Under the pieces are notes generated by a model, which did no database searches, had not been told where the DNA came from, and was given only the letters and a program-made list of their open reading frames with translations. A stretch of 44,521 nt of DNA from Squalus acanthias (lineage: Eukaryota): NCBI GenBank assembly GCA_030390025.1, contig JASTWF010000326.1, positions 496,001 to 540,521 on the forward strand, given 5' to 3'. Positions within the stretch are counted from its first letter, which is position 1, and every line of letters begins with the position of its first letter. The position numbers and the translations under genes are program-made. Shown here piece after piece: positions 1 through 12,601 of the stretch.

Positions 1-699
1 AATCTGCTTTATCTCGTTATTTCGAATCACGATAATTGCGAATTTTACACTTGGGATAGGCAGCAACAGTATGGATTCAGCTTCAGGAGTAAAAAAAGTT
101 CTATTCCCAAATTACCTTTCAGCTCTTCTAATTTTTCCAAAGTCACTGGTTAGGTTTTGGGAAAAATGCATGACATACTCAGTGGGACCCTCTGATCATG
201 TCACTTTTAGGGCTCAGTTGTGTTAATTCCTTCTCTACTTCACCTCCTTTGCTGCAAATGTCTGAAGAAGTAATGCAGTTCCTCAACAATGTTAAGAGAG
301 TGAAAGTCAGCCTCAATTGTTGGCCACGTACAGAAATGAATCTGCATTAAAATATGCAGGTCTGTTTGTCCCAAATTATTATTTTTTCTTTTAAATTGAA
401 TATTATTCATAGCATCTATAGCTTAAAATGTGATGGTGCACATGGTATTGTCTTATACAAAGTTTAAAAATGTTAATTCGAAGTTGAACTGTAAATGGTT
501 GAGGTTTTGTTTAAAATGATTGACAGTTTTGAAACTGGACTATGCAATAGTCAACATATGAACAATTTAATTCAGAGTCAATTGCACAGCTAATGGAAAA
601 GTTTCTGTCAAACCAATCAGTTCTTCTTTTCTTTCCCTTTACAAGCTTTTCCACCAAGCTGGAGTAAAAAGGAAACACAGGAACAAAAATAGAACATAT

Positions 700-800
700 T
701 GGAAAAAGTGCTTCAATCTGAGACATTATCCTGTCTTTTCTCTTTTCAGATGCTGATGGACTTGCAGTGTATATCCAGTATCTTCTGCTTCTATTTTTCC
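700..800 (+). repeat. Degenerate relic of a Penelope-like element 3' tail
   Basis: tttcagatgctgatggacttgcagtgtatatccagtatcttctgcttctattttt resembles tccacagatgctgcctggcctgctgagtatttccagcattttctgtttttatt at 36781-36833. Confidence 0.4.
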
Positions 801-1407
801 TTCAGCAAGCTGGTATTTGTTTTTTCCAAAAAGTATCTACTACTTTAATTCTTTCCCAGAACTTCAAAACTGCAACTTCTCACCTTCCCTTAGCTTTCCT
901 TCCTTGTACATTCTACAGGCTTTAACACCCAAACTCGTATCACTCACTGTCACAGCTTGACTTACCGGGGCCGATTTTCAACGACGACCCGTCCGATTCT
1001 CGCCTGAGAAATGGGTGGCTGACAGTGAAAATTTGTGGGTGGGTACCTCGGTCATTCGTTGGACACCCAAGGTAAGAAGGCAGGGCTGCATACTTAACGA
1101 TTTATATATCGGCATGGAATGCTGATTAACAGCTATGGACCCAAGTTAGTTGATGGAACAGTGGTTATAGCAATGAATAGTTGTTTTACTGCAACTGGGG
1201 TACTTTTAACTCCTGGCTCAATTGCCTATATTTTTTTGGTTGGAAACAATTGAGTTACACACAAAGGCCGTGATTTTCCGAGTGGAGGCGGATTGGAGGC
1301 AGCTTTGATGTTTGGCGGGTTCCGGTCCTGCTGCCGGTTTCAGCCGCCCTGAAATTACGATTTTTGCTGAAGTGGGCTGATTAAGCCCGTCGTGCGCGCT
1401 ACCCGGC

Positions 1408-1476
1408 CCAATCAGTGGGTTCGGGTCTGCTGCTTGCCTCTGCTGACGTCTCTCAGCCAGCTGTATTTAAGGGGCC
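1408..1476 (+). promoter_or_regulatory. Putative promoter of the Harbinger A Myb/SANT gene
   Basis: CCAAT (1408), CRE-like tgacgtct (1444) and TATTTAA (1464) lie upstream of ATG 1537; similar layout in element D. Confidence 0.4.
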
Positions 1477-1536
1477 CATGCAGCCTTGTTTTTGATCAAT
1501 CCTATTCTGCTGCTTCTCAGTGTGGCACTTGTGAAA

Positions 1537-3423
1537 ATGACTGCTGCAAGATCCAAGGCATCTCCCAGATTAGATGATGACTTCCTCTATGCTCTTGTGG
1601 AGGGAGTGAGAGGGCGCCAAGAGGTACTGTTCCCCTCAAACGGACGGAGGTAGCCTCCTCAGCAAAGCAAAGCAGCCTGGCTGCAAATTGCTGAGGAGGT
1701 GAGCTCCAGGTCTTTGTGTGGTCGCACCTGGGTTCAGTGCAGGAAAAGGTTCAATGACCTGCTACGCTCAACAAAAGTGAGTATAACATCACACTTAGCT
1801 TCAATGTGCTCCCCATCTCCTCTCATCACCAGCGATCTGCATTGTCAACTTACTCCTGCACATCCCACTTTACCCTTACATCCCTTGCACCCTTAACCAT
1901 CCCTCTCTCTCTATGTACAGAATTACTTCACTATTCTACTATGCAGCCCTCACACTCGCTATCACTGTTATACAATGCCAACAACTAACAACGCACAGGG
2001 AGGGCCCTTGGTATTGGCACCTCACTCCATCTTTATCTCCCTCTAAGCATCTATGCTATGGATTCTCTACACTCACTCCAACATTCTCACTCAAACTCCA
2101 CTTGTGTCCCTCATTGCAGGAAAAGAGAGCCCACAATAAGAGGGTGAGGGGCAGGACAGGAGGAGGACACCTTCAATTGCCCACTTGACCACCGCTGAGG
2201 AGGCTGCTCTCGACATCCTCGAAGGTGCTGAGGATCTGGAAGTGGGGGACGGTCAGACGGGCGCAGTAGAGCAAGCTGGTGACAGAATAGATTTGCAGCC
2301 CTCTCATTTACATTGCATGAGTGACTGATATGGCTTCTGATGTCCATTCAGATTGAGTACTGATCATCTGCACAATTCGATGTGCCTGCTACATTAATAT
2401 CACATGTCTAACTCATGCCTTTACTCCCCCACAGGACCATCAAGAGCCCCCCTCCCCACTGTCCAGGAGGAAGAGCCAGAAGACTCCTCAGAGGAAGCTG
2501 CAACCTCTGAGGGCGCACTGTCAGCAGAATTAAACACACCCAGCACCAGCGCAGAGACGCATACCTCGGTGGGTCATTCACGAGAAAAATTAGTGTTGTC
2601 ACCTGGTGTATTACAGCTCACAAGTGAGCATCAGCAGATGGTGGAGACAGGGACAGCAGTGGAGAGTCCTCGTCGGAGGCCGCAGGGCGCTCCTAGCTCT
2701 GTTCAGCTGCATGTTGACCCTGTGCCTCTGGGGCCATCCAGAAAGAGAGCGGTGCTGGAACTTCAGGAACAGGTGCAGGAGTCTCTGACAGGTTTTGCAT
2801 CCACGGTAACTGCGAGTGTGCAGAGAATGGAGGAGTCCATCTCAAACATAAGCAATGCCATGGTGGAGGCAATGGCGCATAAACGTGCCGCCATGGAGAG
2901 GGTGGCAACCTCCTTGGAGGACATAACTTGCCAGACTCAACAGAACATGGTGACTCTTCTAAATAGATGGTCTGCTATGGAGGATAGATGGGCAGCTATT
3001 GAGGAGAGACACCAGAGGTACATGGACATCCCCGTTATGAGGACTGTCAGTACTGAGACGGGTCCTCATGGCCCTACTGATGTGCAGCAAGGTGCTCTCC
3101 AGCTACTTGCTAGCAGTGAAGTGGGACTGACCCATTAGAGGGATGTTGGTGGTCAACAACAAGGAAGTGTGGGCTCCTCTCCAAGTGCTCACACTCCTAT
3201 GCCACTACGGAGCCCTCGGTCAGAGCCCCAGATTCCTCACCCAACTGAGATGGCTGTCTCAGCCCCTGCACAGCCGCAGGAGGAGCAGACTGTTGCCGAG
3301 CCCTCCCAGGCTCCCAAACCCAGAAGACGCCCGCCAAAGGTGTCGAAGCAGGAGCAGCATGAAAGTGAGCAAGGTGCCTCACAGGGGAAGCACCATGTAG
3401 AAGCATGCGTAAGAGAAAGTTAA
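1537..3423 (+). pseudogene. Harbinger Myb/SANT-like DNA-binding protein, 3 exons (1537-1776, 2120-2278, 2435-~3423)
   Basis: MTAARSKASPRLDDDFLYALVEGV...AAWLQIAEEV...WVQCRKRFNDL; donor gtgagt at 1777; acceptors ttgcag and acag; exon 2 EKRAHNKR..RTGGG; in-frame TAG at 1651 and frameshifts. Confidence 0.85.
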
Positions 3424-3696
3424 CACACAAATAGTCACAAGGGTAGTCACTTGGGTGTTTTGATGTAATACAAATTTAAGATTGTCATCGTCATTTCCAT
3501 TGTAATAAAGAAATGCGATGGCAAACATTCAAAGAGATGGCCTATGTGTGCCCAGAATGAAAGTGTCACAGTGAGGGGTCAGGGCGCCTTTCATCTGTAA
3601 TGATGGTGGTGAGAGTGACAGGAACCCACAGTTTATTGTACAGATTGTGTATGGTGTGTTAAGAAGGTGGCAGCCACATGTGTTTGCTTCATAAAC

Positions 3697-4922
3697 TTAA
3701 GCGAATCTGGCATGGATTAGTGCATCACTTGCATCACGGCCAGCAATGTGCTCCCGTGCTGGTGGAACAGGCACATCTGCCTCCGCAAGGTCTTCCTCCT
3801 CCTCCTCCTCCGAAGAGGAGGAGGCTGTGCGTTGAGCTACTTGTTCCTCAGGCAGCGGTAAGCCACGCTGCTGTGCGATGTTGTGCAGTGCACAGCAGAC
3901 CACGATGATTCTGGAGACCCTGGCTGATGATTACTGTAGGGCTCCACCTGATCTGTCGAGGCATCTGAATCACATTTTGAGCAAGCCGATGGTTTGCTCG
4001 ATGATGGCTCTGGTGGAAATGTGGCTCGCATTGTCGAGCTCCTGAGCTTCGTTTGAAGGCCTCCTCAATGGTGTCATTAGCCACATCCTCAGGGGATAGC
4101 CCTTGTCTCCAAGTAGCCATCGAAAGTTGGGTTGGCGGATTGAAGAGCTGAGGCACAGTAGACTGCCGCAGGATGAACGAGTCATGGCAACTGCCAGGGA
4201 ACTTGGCGCAGACATGCATAATGTTCTTCCTGTGGTTACACACCAGCTGGACGTTAAGGGAGTGGAAGCCCTTGCGGTTCACAAATACAGCTGGGTTGTG
4301 ATTGGGTGCCCTAATGGCCACATGTGTGCAGTCTACGACGCCCTGCACCCTTGGCAAGCCTGCCATATTTGCAAAGCTAACCGCACGCACGGTTACACTT
4401 GCTTCATCCGTGGAGAAGTGTAAGTAATTGTGCACCTTTGCAAAGAGAGCATCGGTAACCTGCGTGATGCAAGTGTGTGCGGCCAACTGGGAGATGCCGC
4501 TGATGTCTGCAGCTGATCCCTGGAAGGACCCTGTAGCAAAGAAGTTGAGGGCGGTGGTGACTTTTACAGCCACTGGTAAGGAGTGTCCACCCGCTCCTCT
4601 GGGCTCCAGGTGTTGGTGCAGCATTGCACAGATGTCAGCGACTACCTCTCTCGAAAGTCTCAGCCTCCTTTGGCACTGCTGCTCAGTCATGTTGAGGAAA
4701 CTCATCCTCTGCCGGTAAACCCTGTTCTTGGGGTTATCTCCTGCGGCGAGGTGCAGCCCTGCGCTGATGCCCTCTGCCCTGTGCACCATCAGGTGACTGA
4801 GGAGGAGGTTGGCGCTACTGTTGATGCTGCTGCTGTTATGCCTCGTTCTGCTGCTGCTGCTGCTGCGGCTGCTCTTCCTCCGATTCTGAGGAGCAGGATG
4901 AGAGGGTATAAATGGTTCCCAT
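3697..4922 (-). pseudogene. Harbinger (HARBI1-like) DDE transposase
   Basis: [69 protein letters not shown] motifs across frameshifts and stops; Q-rich N-terminus and acidic C-terminus. Confidence 0.93.
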
Positions 4923-4936
4923 TCCGCTGGTATATA

Positions 4937-7900
4937 TACGAGCAAACTGGCATCAGGTCAATAGGATCAGGGAGATGAATGCATGGCTCACAGATTGGTG
5001 TGGGAGAAGTGGGTTTTGATTCGTGGGGCACTGGCACCAGTACTGGGGAAAGAGAGAGCTGTTCCGTTGGGACGGACTACACCTGAACCATGCTGGGACC
5101 AGAGTTCTAGCGAAACAAATAACTAGGGAGGTACACAGGGCTTTAAACTAAATGAGGTGGGGAGGGTCCCAGTGGAGAGAAATCTAGAATGCTAAAGAGA
5201 AAAGACAAGGAAGCAGTGCAGGAAAGTGATTGGGGTAAAGATAACACGATTGTGTCAGGAAGGGCCAGAGCGTACAAACAAAGGAGTGCACTAACAAATA
5301 GGGTCCGGGTAAGAAAAAATGGTAATAAGAAAAATAGGGCCATGGAGACAAATAGGGCCATAGTACAAAAAAATGTTAAGATGTCTAAAAATGTTAAAAA
5401 GACAAATCTAAAGGCACTGTATCTGAATGCACGAAGCATTCATAATAAGGTAGACGAATTAACAGCGCAAATAGATGTAAACGGATACGATATAATTGCA
5501 ATTATGGAGACATGGCTGCAGAGTGACCAAGGCTGGGAGCTGAATATCCAAGGATATTTAATATTTAGGAAGGACAGGCAAAAAGGAAAAGGAGGTGGGG
5601 TGGCATTGTTAGTAAAGGATGAAATCAGAGCAATAGTGAGAAAGGATATTGGCTCAGAAAATCAAGATGTAGAATCAGTCTGGGTGGAGCTAAGAAGCAC
5701 CAAGGGGCAGAAAACATTGGTGGGAGTTGTCTATAGGCCTCCAAACAGTAGTGGTAATGTAGGGGATGGCATCAAACAGGAAATTAGAGATGCATGTAAC
5801 AAGGGTACTACAGTAATCATGGGTGACTTTAATCTACAGAAAGACTGGCCAAACCAAATTATCAATAATACTGTGGCGGCTGAATTCCTGGCGTGTGTAT
5901 GAGATGATTTTTAGACCAGTACATTGAGGAGTCAACTAGGGAACAGGCTATCCTAGATTGGGCAATGAAAGGGGGTTAATTAATAATCTTGTTGTGCGGG
6001 GTCCTTTAGGGAAGAGTGACCATAACATGATGGAATTCTTCATTGAAATGGAAAGTGAAAATGTCCAATCTGAAACTAGGCTCCTAAATCTAAACAAAGG
6101 AAACAATGAAGGTATGAGGAGTGAGTTGACTGTGATAGATTTGGGAGCTTCATTAAAAGGCATGATGGTGGATAGGCAATGGCTAACATTTAAGGAACGA
6201 ATGCATGAATTGCAACAGTTATACATTCATTTATGGCGCAAAAACACAAAAGGAAAAGCGGCCCAACCATGGCTAACAAAAGAAATTAAGGACAGTATTA
6301 GATCCAAAGAGGAGTCATATAAAGTTGCCAGAAAAAGTAGCAAGCCTGAGGATTGGGAGCAGTTTAGAATTCAGCAAAAAAGGACCAACAGATTGATTAA
6401 GGGGGAAAAATAGAGTATGAGAGTAAATTTGCAAGGAACATAAAAGCGGACTGTAAAATCTTCTACAAGTATGTAAAAAGAAAAAGATTAGTGAAGACAA
6501 ATGTAGGTCCCTTACAGTCAGAAACGGGAGAATTTATAATGGGGAACAAGGAAATGACGGAGCAATTGAACAAATACTTTGGTTCTGTCTTCACGGTAGA
6601 GGACACAAATAACTTCCCAGAAATGCTAGGGAACCAAGGGTCTAGTGAGAAGGAGGAATTAAAGGAAATTAGTATTAGTAAAAAAATAGTGCTGGAGAAA
6701 TTAATGGGACTGAAAGCTGATAAATCCCCAGGGCCTGATAATCTGCATCCCAGAGTACTAAAAGAGGTAGCCATGGAAATAGTGGATGCATTGGTTGTCA
6801 TCTTCCAAAATTCTATCGATTATGGAACAGTTCCTGCCGATCGGAGGGTGGCAAATATAACCCCGCTATTTAAAAAAGGAGGGAGAGAGAAAACAGGGAA
6901 CTACAGACCGGTTAGCCTAACATCAGTAGTAGGGAAAATGCTAGAGTCTATTATAATGGATGAGATAACAGGACACTTAGAAAATATCAACGAGATTAGA
7001 CAGAGTCAACATGGATTTATGAAAGGGAAATCGTGTTTGACAAACCTACTGGAGTTTTTTGAGGATGTAACTGGTAGAATAGATAAGGGAGAACCAGTGG
7101 ACGTGGTGTATTTGGATTTTCAGAAGGCCTTTAATAAAGTCCCACATAAGAGGTTAGTGTGCAAAATTAAAGCACATGAGATTGGGGGTAATATACTGGC
7201 ATGGATTGAAAATTGGTTAACAGACAGGAAACAGAGAGTAGAAATAAATGGGTCTTTTTCGAGGTGGCAGGCGGTGACTAGTGGGGTACCGCAGTGATCA
7301 GTGCTTGGGCCCCAGCTATTCACAATATATATCAATGATTTGGATGAGGGAACCAAATGTAATATTTCCAAGTTTGCTGACGACACAAAACTAGGTAGGA
7401 TTGTGAGTTGTGAGGAGGATGCAAAGAGGCTTCAATGTGAGTGAGTGGGTAAATACATGGCAGATGCAGTATAACGTGGATAAATGTGAAGTTATCCACT
7501 TCGGTAGAAAAAAATCAGAAAGGCAGAGTATTATTTAAATGGTGATAGATTGGGAAATGTTGATGTACAAAGGGACCTGGATGTCCTTGTACACCAGTCA
7601 CTAAAAGCAAACATGCAGGTGCAGCAAGCAGTTAGGAAGGCAAATGGTATTTTGGCCTTCATTGCAAGGGGATTTGAGTACAGGAGCAAGGATGTCTTAA
7701 TACAGTTATACAGGGCCTTGGTGAGACCACACCTGGAGTACTGTGTGCAGTTTTGGTCTCCTTACTTAAGAAAGGATATACTTGCCATAGAGGGAGTGCA
7801 GCGAAGGTTCACCAGACTGATTCCTGGGATGGCAGGACTGTCGTATGAGGAGAGATTCGGTCAACTAGGCCTGTATTCACTAGAGTTTAGAAGAATGAGA

Positions 7901-7968
7901 GGGGATCTCATTGAAACGTATAAAATTCTGACAGGGCTAGACAGACTTGATGCAGGGAGGATGTTCCA
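4937..7968 (+). mobile_element. CR1-clade LINE, truncated at both ends
   Basis: ORF1 esterase C-terminus (EMNAWL..W...DGLHLNHAG) ends at ~5151, followed by ORF2 APE and RT; stops abruptly at AGRMF with no 3' tail. Confidence 0.92.
5189..7968 (+). pseudogene. CR1 ORF2 (AP endonuclease plus reverse transcriptase), disrupted
   Basis: YLNARSI, ETWL, VYRPP, MGDFN, SDH, KSPGPD, NYRPVSLTS, QHGF, YLDFQKAF, GVPQ*SVLGP, KFADDTK; several stops and frameshifts. Confidence 0.92.
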
Positions 7969-9461
7969 ACATCTCAGAAAAGAAAGTTCTGTCATCTGAA
8001 AGTCAGCCATGTTACAGGTCCGCTTTTCTGCTGCAGGAGCAGCTGTCAAGAATTCGCATAGTTGCTGAACCCGGCACAATCAGCTGGCATGTTTTGCGAC
8101 CGGCGTGGTACATGCTGAAAATGTCCTAAAATGGGAAGAGCCTGCTAAAATCGGATTATGTAGGCAGTTAACAAGCTGTTAACTGCCTTAAGTGACTCTC
8201 CCACCACTTGGTGGCGGGTCCGATCGGGACTCCCAGACCCGACACTTGGCAAAGTTGCGTGGAGGCAGGTTGACGGCGGGTTCGGAACCCGCCGTCAATC
8301 AAAACGAATTTAACCTCTGACCTGCCTCCAAACCCGCATTCTGAGCGCCGGCAAAATCGCGTCCAAATTGTCCAATCAATGATTCTGAAATCAAATAGTA
8401 ATTGAATTAGAAACAAATAATGATACATTGATAATGAACTGAAAAATCAGCTTCTTTACTATCATTGATTAGCGTCAAAATAGCTTTGCAATTAAGATGG
8501 TTAATGGAATTACGTTGTATTACACAGGTGAAATATTTTCTTGACTTTGTCACAGTGCTAGTGGTGAGTCAAAGAAACTTCTCCCCTTTAAATACCAATT
8601 AATTATTAATTACCCATATATATTAGTATTGTGTAATTACAAAACTGGATATTAAATAGTAGTTGTTGTCATTTGAGTAGAGTTGTCTCCTTACTGAACA
8701 TGACAGATGAATGAACCAAAAACTTCCACCCTCATACATGGAATATAAGCTGCACAAGATTTGTATAATATTTCTATATTCCATCATCAACATGACTAAA
8801 TATTCAACATCATAAAACCATTATCCATGACAGCTCCAACAGGAAATGCATGAGCAGATTACTAGTTAATATTTTCCATCTTGAAATAAGAGACCTTAAA
8901 AATTGCAATTATCTAGGGTGATAAAGGTGGCATTAAGTGCATAGGAGGTTACACTGTTCAACTTTTCAGGGAATAAGCTGGAAAATAATTTGCGATGGAA
9001 TTTCAATTGAAACTAATTCCATTAGACTCCAAAAAGGATGATTCATGTACCTTCATGCGCACTTTCAATTGGGTTAAGTTGGGGAAGAGAACCAAGTATT
9101 ATGCACATATCAGTGGTATCACAGCGACTGTAGTTTAACACTCAGCATGGTTTGCTCAGTGCTTTAAAAGTTCCATTTTGGAAATGACTGAAGCAATCAA
9201 AAATGTTCGCACTATTTTGTGTTATATTCTTTGACATCAAAATACTTCCAAACCTAGCATAACAGTTCTTTTGATTGCTGTGGGGCAAAGGTTACTTTCA
9301 AACCAAAATGTCTAATACTTTGAAAGACGTTTCCATAGACACACATTGAGGGAGAAATTGGGCTCTGTAGTGCCTTTTGTTTGTTTCACATTTACTGTTA
9401 CTGTTTACTGTTTCAAATCTAAATTTCCCAGCTTTAAGCAGGGTTATAAAGGGATATACAA

Positions 9462-10789
9462 GATACCTTTACGTCGAGAATCCTCCCAGATGGTGTGCGC
9501 TGGCGACGTATTTCTTCCGCCAGATGCACGGCCTCAACTATGACACGCAGCTCCTGTTTGTGGAATTGGGCCGCACGCGTGCCTACCTGTGTGAGCTGCC
9601 TGTCTTCTACCAGGAACTGCTATGGGTCTGGAACCAAGTCGCCTCCAGGCGGAATTCTCCCCCGTCAGGAGTGGCGGCTCTCCTTCGGGAGCCGCTGCTC
9701 AGGAATCCGCACCTCCACGTCTGACGGATCGGGTGGCTGGCGGAGGGCAGGGCTGTGCCTGGCAAGGTGACCAGAGTCGGGGACCTGCTCGATGGCGGAG
9801 GAGCGGGCTGGATGGCGCCGGAGGAGTTGGCGCGGCGCCTCTCCTGGGTCGACGTCTGGCGTGCGGCCAAAGCCATCGAGTCGCTGAAAGTGGCACTGGC
9901 CCGGACTCCACTAGGTGTATCGAGGAGGCTCAAGCACGTGGGGCGATCCTGTCCGAACTGACCTCCGTTCGGACGGAATTCCTCATCGGCGCGCAGCCCC
10001 GAAACCCCTCTCGGGAACCGGCGCCTCACAGCTTGAGCCGTCTCGGGGAAATGCCTTCCATCCCTTTAGTTCTGCACGGAGGGGTTTCCTGTACGGGCTG
10101 CTCCTGCACACTTGCCACTTTGTCATCTTCGCCTGCCGTCCGGACACACCTTGGCGTGCCATCTTGCCGTCCTGCGGAGGCGGAGGTCCCCAATGGAGGG
10201 CTCTCTACGCGGGAGTCCTCCCCTTTTCTATTGGGGACTTGGCCTGGAGGGTGTTGCACGGAGCAGTCCCGTGCAATCAGTTTTTAAGTAGGTTCACGGA
10301 CTCCCAGGCCGCCTGTCTTTTTTGCGGCCTCAAGGAGTCCGTGTTCCACATGTATGTAGAATGTGAGAGGTTGCAACCCCTCTTTGAATATTTGAAGGGG
10401 CTGCTCCTCGCTTTTTGGTTGCACTTCAGTCCCACGCTCCTGATCTACGGTCACCTGGTGCGGAGGGGAGCGGGCAGGTCGGAGGACCTCCTCGTAGGAC
10501 TGCTCCTGGGCCTGGCCAAAGTGGCCATTAACAGGTCCAGGCAGCGGGCGGTCGAGGGGGTCGGTCGGCCCAATTGCCTCCCTCTCTTCCGCGGCTATGT
10601 TCGCGCCCGGGTGGCCCTGGAGATGGAGCACGCGGTGACCGCCGGCACACTTGAAGCCTTCCGAGACCGGTGGGCGCCGCAGGGACTGGAGTGCATCGTC
10701 TCCCCGGGAAATGTCATTTTAATTAAATGAGATAAGTTTCATTTGAAGTTTTGTTAATTTAAAGTAGTTTTATGTTGACTCAAAAAGAG
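9462..10789 (+). mobile_element. Tx1/L1-clade LINE, 5'-truncated 3' fragment, copy 1
   Basis: RYLYVENPPRWCALA...ELPVFYQELL...DLAWRVLHG, zinc knuckle CLFCGLKESVFHMYVEC, LAKVAI; Tx1 ORF2-like C-terminus; short T-rich 3' UTR ending caaaaagag. Confidence 0.85.
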
Positions 10790-10794
10790 TACAA

Positions 10795-12100
10795 GATACC
10801 TTTACGTCGAGAATCCTCCCAGATGGTGTGCGCTGGCGACGTATTTCTTCCGGCAGATGCACGGCCTCAACTATGACACGCAGCTCCTGTTTGTGGAATT
10901 GGGCCGCACGCGAGCCTACCTGTGGGAGCTGCCTGTCTTCTACCAGGAACTGCTATGGGTCTGGAACCAGGTCGCCTCCAGGCAGAGATCTCCCCCGTCA
11001 GGAGTGGCGGCTCTCCTTCGGGAGCCGCTGCTCAGGAATCCGCACCTCCACGTCCGACGGATCGGGTGGCTGGCGGAGGGCAGGGCTGTGCCTGGCAAGG
11101 TGACCAGAGTCGGGGACCTGCTCGATGGCGGAGGAGCGGGCTGGATGGCGCCGGAGGACTTGGCGCGGCGCCTCTCCTGGGTTGACGTCTGGCGCGCGAC
11201 CAAAACCATCGAGTCGCTGAAAGTGGCACTCGGCCCGGACTCCACTCGGTGTATCAAGGAGGCTCAAGCACGTGGGGCGATCCCGTCCGAACTGACCTCT
11301 GTTCGGACGGAATTCCTCATCGGCGCGCAGGCCCAGAAACCCCTCTCGGGAACTGGCGCCTCACAGCTTGAGCCGTCTCGGGGAAAATGCCCTCCGTGCC
11401 CTTTAGTTCTGCATGGAGGGGTTTCCTGTACGGGCTGCTCCTGCACACTTTCCACTTTGTCATCTTCGCCTGCCGTCCGGACACGCCTTGGCGTGCCATC
11501 TTGCCATCTGGCGGAGGCGGAGGTCCCCAATGGCGGGCTCTCTACGCGGGAGTCCTCCCCTTTTCTATTGGGGACTTGGCCTGGAGGGTGTTGCACGGAG
11601 CAGTCCCGTGCAATCAGCTTTTAAGTAAGTTCACGGACTCCCAGGCCGCCTGTCTTTTTTGCGGCCTCGAGGAGTCCGTGTTCCACGTGTATGTAGAGTG
11701 AGAGGTTGCAGCCCCTCTTTCAATATTTGAAGGGGCTGCTCCTCGCTTTTTGGTTGCACTTCAGTCCCACGCTCCTGATCTATGGTCACCCGGTGCGGAG
11801 GGGAGCGGGCAGGTCGGAGGACCTCCTCGTAGGACTGCTCCTCGGCCTGGCCAAAGTGGCCATTAACAGGTCCAGGCAGCGGGCGGTCGAGGGGGTCGTT
11901 CGGCCCAATTGCCTGCCTCTCTTCCGCGGCAATGTTTGTGCCCGGGTGGCCCTGGAGATGGAGCATGCGGTGTCCGCCGGCACACTTGAAGCCTTCCGAG
12001 ACCGGTGGGCGCCGCAGGGAAATGTTATTTTAATTTAATGAGATAAGTTTCATTTGAAGTTCTGTTAATTTACAGTAGTTTTATGTTTACTCAAAAAGAG
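10795..12100 (+). mobile_element. Tx1/L1-clade LINE 3' fragment, copy 2 (direct tandem repeat of copy 1)
   Basis: Same start (gatacctttacg) and end (caaaaagag) as copy 1; roughly 95-97% identical by eye; short deletion near the C-terminus. Confidence 0.85.
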
Positions 12101-12189
12101 TACAATTCAGAGCAGCTGAAGGCAGTTAATTTGTGAAACTAGATTAAACTGGTTCTCCTGTAGCAGAACCCAGCAAGCTCCTTTGTTTC

Positions 12190-12572
12190 AGGGCCTATAA
12201 AAACAGGCTTTGAAGTGCGATTTTGCACTGAGTGCGGTTTAAACAGAGTGCTGAGAGGAGGAGAGGAGAGGAAAGGTCCCTCTCTGTGCCTAGGAGAAGA
12301 AGACAGAGCCATGAAGGGCAGAGTGGAGACCCTATCCACCGCCACCACGCCTGCAGCTACTACTACTATTACTGCTGAGGTGCCAGAAGGGAGAGAGGAG
12401 AGGAGAGGAGACCAAAGAAACAACAACAACAACAGAAGGAAGCCATTACATCATTGCCTCCCCAACTGGTCTCCATTACAGGAGAGAGAGAGAGGGGAGA
12501 AGAAAACCAAGACCAACATCTGCTTGGAAGGAGGGAGAGCCATTGAGAAGAAAACAACATCTCGAGGTGGGT
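12190..12572 (+). promoter_or_regulatory. Unassigned TATA-containing leader-like segment, possibly the 5' end of a retroelement
   Basis: gggccTATAAAAacagg at ~12191, purine-rich low-complexity sequence with gagag, cta and aac runs, and a possible donor gag|gtgggt at 12567. Confidence 0.3.
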
Positions 12573-12601
12573 GTTAAAAAGGGCACTCTCCAAAAGACTT
12601 T

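Larger units (their letters stand above)
1266..8364. mobile_element. PIF/Harbinger DNA transposon A (defective), interrupted by a CR1 LINE
   Basis: Imperfect TIRs ggccgtgattttcc (1266) and gcaaaatcgcgtcc (8364); AAA on both flanks (1263-1265, 8365-8367); convergent Myb/SANT and HARBI1-like genes. Confidence 0.85.

Noticed and set aside
115..360. Possible host exons on either strand
   Set aside because: Several AG/GT pairs and short open frames, but mutually inconsistent and no recognisable peptide
967..1035. ggggccgattttca...tgaaaatt Harbinger-like end
   Set aside because: Probably a MITE scrap, but no matching terminus or TSD could be defined
4820..4875. CTG and GAG triplet runs (also 3795, 17330, 23355) as independent repeats
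   Set aside because: They encode the Q-rich and acidic tails of the transposases
3697..4945. Domesticated host HARBI1 or NAIF1/MSANTD genes
   Set aside because: All four loci have stops or frameshifts and transposon context (TIRs, TSDs), so no gene symbol is assigned
8528..8563. 36-nt phase-0 micro-exon VKYFLDFVTVLV (cag|...|gtgagt)
   Set aside because: Good donor, but too short and with a weak pyrimidine tract; cannot be distinguished from chance without RNA data
9457..12105. LTR pair or CRISPR-like array
   Set aside because: The units are adjacent 1.3-kb LINE coding fragments with no internal region, TG..CA ends or spacers
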